A stretch of DNA of 64,000 nucleotides from an uncultured virus (IMG/VR IMGVR_UViG_3300005253_000005) (Duplodnaviria; Heunggongvirae; Uroviricota; Caudoviricetes): IMG/VR virus record IMGVR_UViG_3300005253_000005; one strand, given 5' to 3'. A model generated the notes under the pieces. It searched no databases, was not told the origin of the DNA, and saw nothing but the letters and a program-made list of their open reading frames with translations. Shown here one piece after another: positions 19,769 through 28,801 of this stretch. Position 1 is the stretch's first letter, and each line of letters begins with the position of its first letter. A program made the translations under genes and the position numbers.

Positions 19769-20026
19769 TTATACTTCCTCCCCCTCCATTATTAGTATAG
19801 CAGCTTGTGGGCCTATGAGATCAGTCATCTTCTTGAGATAATACTGTTCAGATACTTGTCTGAAATACAGTAATACCGCTCGCGGCTTAAGATTAAGAGG
19901 ATCAACAGATAGCGCTTCTAGAGAGGCCCACAGCCACATCTTCTCATTCATTAACCACTGACTATATCGTATAGCTGATCCAAAAACATCATCCATGTCT
20001 ACAGTGAGACGAATCAGCTTCTTCAT
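19769..20026 (-). CDS. Hypothetical protein; paralog of 17314-17544
   Basis: MKKLIR...IRYSQWLMNEKMWL. Confidence 0.7.
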   Translation of the reverse strand: MKKLIRLTVDMDDVFGSAIRYSQWLMNEKMWLWASLEALSVDPLNLKPRAVLLYFRQVSEQYYLKKMTDLIGPQAAILIMEGEEV

Positions 20027-20396
20027 TACACTCCTTCCTCAGCTAGTCGCTGCCTCGCAAAGACTATCTCCTGCTCAACTGCACCTGATTCCAGACTATC
20101 CTCAGCTACCAGCTTAGTTCCAAGACCTACTGCATATCCCTTATAGTGATAGCAGCAAAGATACGCCCAGCCGTTTCCAGCTATGGGCGCATCGTACCGA
20201 GCCGCCTGAGGTTTACTCAGAGGATTCTCCAATTTGCAGAGATCGCAATCCGGAAGAACCGTGAACCTTGCGATATGTTGCTTCGTCATTCTCTTTGCAC
20301 TCCTTTTGACTACTTCGCTAAACGCCAAAATTGGGAAGACTTGTTTCTTCTTCCCTCCTTTCCTCTTCCCTCTCGCTAACCTATTCCATTACCAGT

Positions 20397-20425
20397 ATTA
20401 TACCACACATCTGCGAACTTGTCAA
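20397..20425 (-). promoter_or_regulatory. Consensus sigma70-type promoter
   Basis: TTGACA-N17-TATAAT with TG extension. Confidence 0.85.
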
Positions 20426-20713
20426 GTGCCTCTGCCGGCGTCTTCACGAACAAATGTTTGCCGTCTCGTGGCTCTGAGATTTTCACAGCCTATCTGCATT
20501 GTCTGATATGCACCCAACTTCGAAGCTCAGTGTAGATGTACTGCATTCATGCTTCTGATTTAAAGCGAATTAGAGTTTAAAGCTCTTCTGCGTTTTCAAG
20601 GCTTTTCTGTTTATGACAGTTGCACGAACATGGCCAGTCCCGAATCATACCTTTAGCGATTCCAGAACAATCTTTATGATTCTGCAGCCAGTATTCTCCA
20701 GAGACAAATTTAG

Positions 20714-20986
20714 TCATTCTCTATTCTCCTGGTTAAAGCGAATTGCGTAAAAGGCATAAGCCTGTCTTCTGGTTTTAGCATGTGCCGCTCGTACTGCTCG
20801 CCATAGATACTCTTCAGTAGTCTTAATATTAATTTCCAGTATCTCTGATATCCCTTTATTACTGAAGCCCTTGACTATAGCTAAGTACATGACCTGACGT
20901 GTCTGCCTACCTAGATTCGGCCATGCTCGTTTTAAAGCTAGCTCAGTCAGACTGTCTATCGTTATCTGGCGTATCGGCTTGGGCAT
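20714..20986 (-). CDS. LuxR/sigma-region-4-type HTH protein
   Basis: LGRQTRQVMYL..VKGFSNKGISEILEINIKTTEEYLWRAVR. Confidence 0.7.
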   Translation of the reverse strand: MPKPIRQITIDSLTELALKRAWPNLGRQTRQVMYLAIVKGFSNKGISEILEINIKTTEEYLWRAVRAAHAKTRRQAYAFYAIRFNQENRE

Positions 20987-23527
20987 CGGCTGGTGTACTT
21001 ACTCCTAGTGCCTGTTTAATAACCTCTGTAATTATCTTCCAACAATCTTCTTTATGATAGAGAGCAATCCAGGGCTGATCATCTGGCACAATAGCTTCGT
21101 GAGCATCAACCACTATTGCGCCAGTTATACCTATTATGTCTTCTTCGTCCTCAAATCCTTTTCCGCATTGTTGACAACGCGCCTCACTACCATCATCCAT
21201 TATTATGTACTCTTTTCTATTACAGGTATATCAGCATGTATTCCTTCTGCTATGTTAGTATGTTCAGGATCGTATATTTCACGATAGTCTATCTCTCCTA
21301 TAGCTACAAGCAGATTCATTCTAATTACCTCAACTTCGCGTGATAAATCATCAGCAGCTTGCTCAGCAGCCTCTAGTCCTTTCATAAGATAGTCGTCCTT
21401 CTTATGATCTATAATATATCCGAGAACTGATAGAGACTTATCAACATAGCCTTTAGCTTCACGAACACGAGTTAGTAGATCGTCAGACACTATCTATGAT
21501 TACCTCTCTTCTGTAACTTATCTGGGAGCTGTTTTGCCGCATTTAGTTCTTCTAAGCTTACAGAATCAGCATCCTCTTGCATTGATCTGCAAGCGCATCC
21601 TCCCTCTTTCTCAAAATTGACGCCACATCCTGTTTCCGCACAATCAGAAACAGTCTTTGAACATTTAGGACACATTGGATCTTCTAATAGCATTATCTTA
21701 TCCGTACCTGTGTCCTTTAGTCATTTCTTCTGCTACCGCTGGCACATCTTCAATCTCAATGCACCCACCTTCTTTCTGATGATAGCATACACCATCTGGA
21801 TCACCATTACAATGAGGACAGTCTTCTAGTCGCTGTTGCTTCCAAGCTTCATAACCATGAATGGAACACTGATCATCAGGACTTCCAGGCTTACAAGAGC
21901 AAATCTGATACGCTTTTAGATAGACACTTAGATCTTCGACACAAGTAGCAACTAGGCAATCCAGCCATTTTCCTAGATGACCACATCGTATATGATAACC
22001 AGACCCAACACGCCTCAGCGCTGTCATTAATTCTGTAATGAGTCTACTCTGAGTGGTCATGCGTGATCTCCTGCCTGTGTGAGATAAAACTTCTGTCGTT
22101 CACCTAACTTATCTTTTAGATATCTTTCTACTTCTCTGTTTGCAGCAGCCATCGCACCATAAATAATACTAGATAGTTCCTTTTCTGTCATCACTTCAAA
22201 CTTGGCAGCCCAACCACTCTCTATTTGCCTGTGTATTTCTGTTGCCCTTATCATGCGTATACTACCTCCAACTCTTCTCCACACTCAGTACATCTGAATA
22301 CTCTCATAGGTACGCCAAAGTTACCATCTGCGTTATCACCGTATGTATCTGTAGGGCCTATCTGCACCCACGTCTGCTCTTGAGAAGATTCGAAGTCGCA
22401 ATGATCTCTACATTGTGCACAGATACCTACTAGATTATCTTTACTAACATCAGGTGTCGCCATATGAGGAGGAGCACCGCAGCATCCACTGAGTAGCTCA
22501 CACCCACATGGCTCTGGCAGTATAGATTCTTGCTCCTCCTCATATTGTTCACGCTTTGCATCTTCATGTCTACTTTCTAAATCACTCATCTAGAATCTCG
22601 TGCCCTAACTGTATAATCTCAGTGATATGGTCTATTCTTGTTTGACAATCAAGAAGCTCTGCTTCGTGTCTATTAAGACGCTCTTTTAACCTATTGTCTT
22701 CTTGCAGTTTACGGAAATGATTACGCCAATTCTCTCGTGCAGCTTCTTTCATATTCTAATCCTTTCAAAACAGACAGATAAAGTGATAAACATTGTTAGC
22801 GAATGTAGGCTCCGAGCGAGCCGTGCCTTGACTCTCCGAAACCATAGCCAACCACCAGTCTCCCTATGAAAGTAGTGATAAACAATGTTAGCGTTAGCCT
22901 CCTTTGATCTCGGCGGCTGAGTTTATAGCATGTTGGTGACTAGAACGTTCTCGTAGCTGTTGCTCTTTTGTTATAGCTTGAACACAGAGTAATAATGCAC
23001 TATGTTCATCTGTAGTAGTTTGATTCTTTAAACCTCGCAGCATCCTAGACCCAAGATTAAGAAGTAGTATTCTTGACGTTTCTAGGATTTTGTCTTCTAC
23101 TAACTCAAATGGACAATCGACTTCTGACATTCTTTCTCCTTTACTGTTAACCATTCATACGCCAAGGTGAAGCATTAGGCATCATCTTAGCTTTTTCCTC
23201 TGCTGTTAGTAATGTATCTGTTACCTCTTTTAAGTTAGCTTCACCTTCCGGAGTCGATCTCGCAGCCTTTGCTATCTTCTTAGCAAGTATAACTGCCTGA
23301 TTAGTTTTAGTTGCTTCCTTAAGCTTGTACTGTGTTAAATCTGTACCGGACAACTGATCAACTACCTGCATAATATTAGACCCCATACTGCCTAAATCAA
23401 ATACAGATCCACAACGCCTGCAGAATAATGCTTGTGGATATAATGTTCTGTTAACTGTAAGCTCAACTACTTTAAAATCATGATCTATATCATCCTGCTC
23501 GCAGACATAATAGATTATCTCACTCAT
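20943..23527 (-). other. Run of small hypothetical genes (20943-21200, 21203-21490, 21490-21693, 21698-22060, 22057-~22254, 22251-22589, 22582-22752, 22894-~23130, 23147-23527)
   Basis: Coupled start/stop overlaps; several are Cys-rich. Confidence 0.65.
22783..22893 (+). repeat. 111-bp element bounded by 19-bp direct repeats GTGATAAACAWTGTTAGCG (copy 1)
   Basis: Repeats at 22783-22801 and 22875-22893; homologous inverted copy at 46793-46902. Confidence 0.85.
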
Positions 23528-25524
23528 TATGAAGTCACCAGTAGATTATATAGTAACTTTCTAAGAGCCTCTGGTAGATCAGTATAACTATTTAGCTTCT
23601 CATAAGAATCACCATATGCCTTTTTAAGAAGATTATCTTGATTAGTAATTCTACCTTCGACGCCTGCACCGTACCCCATAATAGCAAGACAGTATGTATC
23701 TATCTTGTGCTTCTTGGCTAGCACTTCTACTAAATCTTCTACATATGTATTCAGAATCTTTTCGTCGTGTGGAAAGCCATCTGTGATATGAATAAGAAGA
23801 TTGTCGCTAGCTCTGCCTAGTAATCTACGCATTAAACCAGGAACAGCTCCTATAACCGCTATTGAAGGCGTTCCACCCTCAGCTTCAACAAAACGTACTT
23901 CTTTATCGCCTGTTTCAAAAAGACGATATATATTTACATCGTTATCACTACTGCCTGGATAATATGCACCAGCATGAGAGTTATAAGCTAAAGCACATAT
24001 CTTCACACCCCTGCGATGAGATAAACTTAATGCTAAAGAACTGACGCATTGGCCTAATATCTCTTGGCTGCCAGATACACTTGAAGACATATCAACCAAA
24101 ATACAGATATTAATATCTAGGCTGTCTTTGATGTCTCTCTTCTCGTACAGATGTTGGCTATTTAGACCAGCGCGATATAATCTTGTCTGAGAGATTGTTC
24201 CTTCTTCGGTTCCTCTACTATATCGCGTCTTGCGTCTCTTACGGAAGTTGAATATCTGTCTAATACTACGAGATACTTCATCATCTTGATCAGGAAGAAC
24301 CATTGACGCTGCCTTTTCGACGATGACATTGGAATGATACTGATCTTGCATTGTATCAAAGAATCCTTCATCACTGAATTCATCCATGATATCTTGAGTT
24401 ATATCCTCTCTGTCATTCACGATAGCAGATTCTATACGTTGTTCCAACTCTTCAGGCAACTTTTGGTGACTCTTATCCTGACAAGGAAAAACCTTACTGT
24501 ATGGGCTATCTCTAGGCTCTTCATCCTTATCAGACTCTTCGCTCTCATCTGCACCCGTTCCAGATGACTCTTCAAAAGGATCGTCATCCTCCTCTTCATC
24601 CTCGTCCTCTTTATCCTCAGCATCTTCTTCGTCAGCCTTATCATCCCCTTCGTTGCCAGAGCCATCATCACCTGTGTCACTATTCTGTTGACTATCATCA
24701 TTGTCACTATCTTCTTTTTGCTCATTGCCATTCTTGCCTTCGCCATCTTCGCTAGGCTCACCATCCTCTGATGGTTGACCAACAGGATCACTATAACCCT
24801 TCATCTGTCCCCATATAGACTCATACATTGCTACTGCATCTACTAAACCCTTTTTCTTACAGTATGTATCTGTTATCTCAGCTAGATTAAGTAAAGTTTC
24901 TAAAATAGTATCAGGAAAATCCTTCAGTTCATCTGCTGAATTAAATCCATACAGTTCATATTTAGCCCAGAGTTTAAGAACATCTACTTTAGTTAGTTCA
25001 TCAGTTTGAGCCTTCAGCTTTAACTCATCAGTATCAATAGCATACTTTGGCTGTTCCATATCCCATTCTCTGCCACGTTTGATGTATGCTTCAAGCACAG
25101 GAGCCTTACTGATATAAAGATAATGATCTATATAGACATCCTCTAGAAGATTTCTAACAGCAAGTTCTATGTCAACTGTCATGCCATCAGGACGTTCTTG
25201 ATCATCTAGAAGCCTAACAGATTGACCACGTTGATCTCTGATACGATGACCAGCCTCATGCGCTGCAAAGCCTGCAATAACATCAACAGTTTCACCAGAG
25301 AATGGTGTCGATACATCTGCAACAGGCGCATAGCTGAGTGTTACTTTTCTCGCACTGCTGTCGGTTTGAGAGTTCGCACCCCAGGCAACTTGAAACTCAC
25401 CTTCGTCAGCAGCCATTTCGATAAAGGCTTTAAGATCTTCCAGAATAGTCTTCATCTCTATAGCTTTATCATAAGAGCGGCGAGTACGCCAGAAGTCACT
25501 CAGGCTCTTTGTCATTACTATCAC
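23527..25524 (-). CDS. VWA-domain protein (CobT-like) with HExxH motif and acidic linker
   Basis: AAHEAGH, RNLLED, long D/E-rich tract, MIDAS residues LVDMSSS...GGTPS...ITDG. Confidence 0.85.
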   Translation of the reverse strand: MIVMTKSLSDFWRTRRSYDKAIEMKTILEDLKAFIEMAADEGEFQVAWGANSQTDSSARKVTLSYAPVADVSTPFSGETVDVIAGFAAHEAGHRIRDQRGQSVRLLDDQERPDGMTVDIELAVRNLLEDVYIDHYLYISKAPVLEAYIKRGREWDMEQPKYAIDTDELKLKAQTDELTKVDVLKLWAKYELYGFNSADELKDFPDTILETLLNLAEITDTYCKKKGLVDAVAMYESIWGQMKGYSDPVGQPSEDGEPSEDGEGKNGNEQKEDSDNDDSQQNSDTGDDGSGNEGDDKADEEDAEDKEDEDEEEDDDPFEESSGTGADESEESDKDEEPRDSPYSKVFPCQDKSHQKLPEELEQRIESAIVNDREDITQDIMDEFSDEGFFDTMQDQYHSNVIVEKAASMVLPDQDDEVSRSIRQIFNFRKRRKTRYSRGTEEGTISQTRLYRAGLNSQHLYEKRDIKDSLDINICILVDMSSSVSGSQEILGQCVSSLALSLSHRRGVKICALAYNSHAGAYYPGSSDNDVNIYRLFETGDKEVRFVEAEGGTPSIAVIGAVPGLMRRLLGRASDNLLIHITDGFPHDEKILNTYVEDLVEVLAKKHKIDTYCLAIMGYGAGVEGRITNQDNLLKKAYGDSYEKLNSYTDLPEALRKLLYNLLVTS

Positions 25525-25753
25525 CTTCTTCTTCCATAATAGCTGCTACCAAGATCTGTAACATTTCACCAGTCATCTTATGAATAAGCTTCAGATTTTC
25601 TATAACGCTTTTAATCTTGAATTCTGTATGAGGAGCAGGGTAGACATCACTAGCTAAATCTTCTATTGCTGTAAATGCTCGCTCGAAGCGTTCCATTACA
25701 GCCTCTTGAACAGTAACGCCTTCGCTAAGATCATCTATTTCAGGATTATCCAC
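25496..25753 (-). CDS. Hypothetical protein
   Basis: 85-aa helical ORF between the AAA and VWA genes. Confidence 0.6.
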   Translation of the reverse strand: MDNPEIDDLSEGVTVQEAVMERFERAFTAIEDLASDVYPAPHTEFKIKSVIENLKLIHKMTGEMLQILVAAIMEEEGDSNDKEPE

Positions 25754-26798
25754 TCCAGTGACTCCACTTATCCTCTACTTCTAGACTATCAGCATTACCT
25801 GTAACAGAAGACTTAACTTGCAGGATTTGCAAGGCTTCCGTTTGCTGATCGGGTGTCATATTACCTATCATACCTAACATAGCAGCATCTACTAAACTAG
25901 CCCCATATTTAATGTCAGCAGCAAGTCTCAGTGCGTGACGAATAGAAAGTGGAAGACCTTTCTTAATACACTGTAGAAAGAAATCTATACCTATAGTAAT
26001 CTCTGGAGTCTGAGCAACCTTGGAATAGATTATCTGTCTAATAATATCTGCGGGTGGCAACGGGATAGGTATTACATCGAAGCGGTCTTTTAATCCAGCA
26101 TCTGCTTCATCTGCACCCGTGTACTGCCACCCTTCGTTAGATGTTGCAAAGAAGACAACACCTATAGCTACCCGAATATCTCTTCCCATCTCTTCGCACC
26201 ATGTAGCTCCTGTCTCATCACATATATCCATAAGAGGATTCAGAACTTTAGGATTTTCTACACGAGTAATATCATTCAGGATGATAACAGCATTCTCTGT
26301 CTCGACAGCCTCAACAAAAACACTTGGAGTATAAAACGTTCCACGTTCTGGAGTAAATGCTGTTCTACCCATCCATTGACTTACTTCTGTCATGGCAGGA
26401 CAAGGAGCCTTATAAGTTGGTGACTTTGTGACGGCTGCAAATTCCAGCGCAAGACTTGTTTTGCCTGTACCAGCAGGGCCTACAAACCAGACATGCTGTA
26501 ATGAGTGTTCTCGTCTATCAATCATCCGCTGAAACTTGCCCTGGACACGTTCTGGCATAACAAAGTTCGGGTCAGATTTAAAGAACTGAAGCCGAGTTTT
26601 TGTCTTATTTTCTTCTTCCCATTCCTTCTTTTGCTCGTCATCTAAGGCATGTCCTGATTGACCATTAGCATTAGTAGTAATTACAACTGGCGCTGAGTCA
26701 TCTGGCTTTTTATCACAGAAGTTTCGCTCATGGACAACTTGCTGTACTGAAGTTTGATAAGGCCCATCCCCACAATATTGACATCTGTAGTCTTCCAT
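25746..26798 (-). CDS. MoxR/CobS-like AAA+ ATPase with N-terminal Zn-finger-like motif
   Basis: GPAGTGKT, IILNDITR, FATSN, LKDRF, LSIRHAL; N-terminal CQYC...H...C. Likely start ATG 26798 after AAGGAG. Confidence 0.85.
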   Translation of the reverse strand: MEDYRCQYCGDGPYQTSVQQVVHERNFCDKKPDDSAPVVITTNANGQSGHALDDEQKKEWEEENKTKTRLQFFKSDPNFVMPERVQGKFQRMIDRREHSLQHVWFVGPAGTGKTSLALEFAAVTKSPTYKAPCPAMTEVSQWMGRTAFTPERGTFYTPSVFVEAVETENAVIILNDITRVENPKVLNPLMDICDETGATWCEEMGRDIRVAIGVVFFATSNEGWQYTGADEADAGLKDRFDVIPIPLPPADIIRQIIYSKVAQTPEITIGIDFFLQCIKKGLPLSIRHALRLAADIKYGASLVDAAMLGMIGNMTPDQQTEALQILQVKSSVTGNADSLEVEDKWSHWSG

Positions 26799-26840
26799 AC
26801 CTACTCCTTTACTCTGCACCTGAATTACAGAGCTTATAGA

Positions 26841-27047
26841 TTACTCTCGTGGCAGCTTCTCATTCTTATCTATCCAGTCGTCAAGTATGCGCTTCCCTTC
26901 ATCTGTAATTTCCATATCGTATTCTTTCATATTTTCTACAGTGAGATTCTCAGGATGTACTAAGAAACCATCTTCTGTTCTAAACCTAAGTAGACCCTCT
27001 GTTGCCAGCTTTATCATGTCTGCTTTGATCCTAACATCTTCACTCAT
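26841..27047 (-). CDS. Small hypothetical protein (wHTH-like C-terminus ITDEGKRIL)
   Basis: ATG 27047 with AAGGAG RBS; first gene after the promoter at 27099-27127. Confidence 0.6.
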   Translation of the reverse strand: MSEDVRIKADMIKLATEGLLRFRTEDGFLVHPENLTVENMKEYDMEITDEGKRILDDWIDKNEKLPRE

Positions 27048-27098
27048 TAAGTCTCTCTCCTTTCTCTTCCTACTTACTATATCTATTTTACCATTACC

Positions 27099-27127
27099 AT
27101 GATAACATGTATCTGCAAGTGTGTCAA
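27099..27127 (-). promoter_or_regulatory. sigma70-type promoter
   Basis: TTGACA-N17-TATCAT; spacer contains AGATACATGT. Confidence 0.8.
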
Positions 27128-27278
27128 GCACTATAACAGTTAACTGTGTGTGCCTAAGCCAACTGGAGCCCCCATTAGAACTTCTTCGAAGCGAAGAAAA
27201 GAAAGTCTGGTTATTCAGACGTGATTCTTGTATTTAGTCTCCTGCACCTATTTAAAGGGCCGATCAATTTATAAAGAT

Positions 27279-27635
27279 TTATATGAACCAGCCACGACCT
27301 ATAGCTTCTTTATGACGATCACTGAGCTTCTTATAATTAGACCTGACGGACTTTTCTGATTTAGTCCAATCTATTAAATTCTGAATGTTCCTAATGTAAT
27401 CCATGCATCGTCTTCTTGTATTAAATAATGGGCCAATACGATATCCCGATTTTATATGGGTTACAGACCAATTCCCATATATATCACCTGTATCTCTAAT
27501 TGTCTTATGAAAAGCTAAACCAGGAACTTTAATATAAATAGCAGCTTCAATTAAAGGATTCTTTTCTTCAATGTGATGAATACCACACAGGCCGTCACAT
27601 AAAACAGTAATAGATACTTGTTTTGTGCTCATCAT
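27279..27635 (-). CDS. Hypothetical protein
   Basis: 118-aa ORF; ATGA overlap with the methylase gene. Confidence 0.65.
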   Translation of the reverse strand: MMSTKQVSITVLCDGLCGIHHIEEKNPLIEAAIYIKVPGLAFHKTIRDTGDIYGNWSVTHIKSGYRIGPLFNTRRRCMDYIRNIQNLIDWTKSEKSVRSNYKKLSDRHKEAIGRGWFI

Positions 27636-28369
27636 AATGGCATCTCTGACTGTTCCATAAACATCGGAAGCTGTTGTAGTCTCTGTGTAGCTAAGCTACA
27701 AAAATGCTCATCAATTTCTATACCAATAGCATGTCTATTCAGCTTATTGGCTGCAACAAGACTAGCGCCTGAGCCTACAAATGGGTCTAGTATTAAATCT
27801 CCTGGCTGAGTTGAACATACTAACATTCGCTCGAAAACAGCTACAGGTTTAGAGGTAGGATGTTTAACTATTCTGTCGTTTTCTCTATTGATAGACCAAA
27901 GATTCGTGAATCTGTAATCATTTAGCAGCCTAGGTTTACCCTCAGTAACATATAGAATCAGATCATATACAGGAGCAAAGCTTTTCATATCACCAAGTCC
28001 ATGTATAATTCTGTCCCAAACAATACAATTCCTGATATTTAACTTAGTGAGATTCCGTACAAGGCCAATTAAGAAACCTATCTTATCCCATCTAGTCATA
28101 ACATAGAGCGAGCCTTCTGGTTGCAATAATCTTTCACAGTCTACTAGAAAATCGCCCATCCAGGTTAAGTCTTTATCGCCTTTGAGAACTTCCTTCTGAA
28201 GATGTTTTTGCGTCCAATTGCTCTTCCAGGTTATACCATAGGGCGGATCAGTAATAATAGCTTTAATATCTTTGTCAGGCAACAAAGACATAATCTCAGC
28301 AGCATCTCCGTTATAGAGAATTATCCTGCCATCCGCGCTCTTGAAATAAGGTTTAGGAAGAACTTGCAT
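27632..28369 (-). CDS. DNA N6-adenine/N4-cytosine methyltransferase (beta class)
   Basis: IITDPPY before HPTSKP and LDPFVGSG. Confidence 0.92.
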   Translation of the reverse strand: MQVLPKPYFKSADGRIILYNGDAAEIMSLLPDKDIKAIITDPPYGITWKSNWTQKHLQKEVLKGDKDLTWMGDFLVDCERLLQPEGSLYVMTRWDKIGFLIGLVRNLTKLNIRNCIVWDRIIHGLGDMKSFAPVYDLILYVTEGKPRLLNDYRFTNLWSINRENDRIVKHPTSKPVAVFERMLVCSTQPGDLILDPFVGSGASLVAANKLNRHAIGIEIDEHFCSLATQRLQQLPMFMEQSEMPL

Positions 28370-28381
28370 TAACTCACTGTC

Positions 28382-28801
28382 TTATCTTTTGATAACTGTT
28401 TCTAGCTGTGTTAATATTTCATTATGGCTTAACTTCTGTTCCCCAGGTTTCCAGGGCCATCCAACTTCTCTATCTACAGACTTTATGAATGCTGCAGCCT
28501 TTTCAGCTAAGACATTCATTGGATATGTTTCCCATGCTATATCTGCTTCTTTAACGATCATGCCGTGGCCTCTATATTCAAAAGCATAGAGATGATTCTG
28601 TCGATTATAGTCAGCATGGAGAGTATGACCTTCTTTTCCAGTAGATTGATCTGGACTAGAAGCACCACGATACTGTCGATCTTTTCGATCAAAGTCTTTG
28701 TGTTCAAGGAGACTTTGATAACCACGACTGCAAAAATGGGTTTGTTGAATATCAGAAGATATCTTTCCACAGTTCGGACATCTTAGAGGCTGAATCTTCA
28801 T
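28382..28801 (-). CDS. Hypothetical protein with N-terminal CPNC
   Basis: 139-aa coupled ORF. Confidence 0.6.
   Translation of the reverse strand: MKIQPLRCPNCGKISSDIQQTHFCSRGYQSLLEHKDFDRKDRQYRGASSPDQSTGKEGHTLHADYNRQNHLYAFEYRGHGMIVKEADIAWETYPMNVLAEKAAAFIKSVDREVGWPWKPGEQKLSHNEILTQLETVIKR

Larger units (their letters stand above)
16097..20328 (-). other. Operon of small hypothetical early genes (e.g. 16097-16330, 16248-16520, 16760-17041, 17084-17308, 17832-18122, 18129-18425, 18422-18739, 18739-19059, 19102-19323, 20026-20328), many with CxxC motifs
   Basis: Tightly packed co-oriented ORFs with AGGAG-type RBSs downstream of the promoter at 20397-20425. Confidence 0.7.

Noticed and set aside
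22783..22893. Mini-CRISPR reading of the repeat-spacer-repeat element
   Set aside because: Repeats are 19 bp with ~72-bp interiors that resemble each other across loci; no cas genes.
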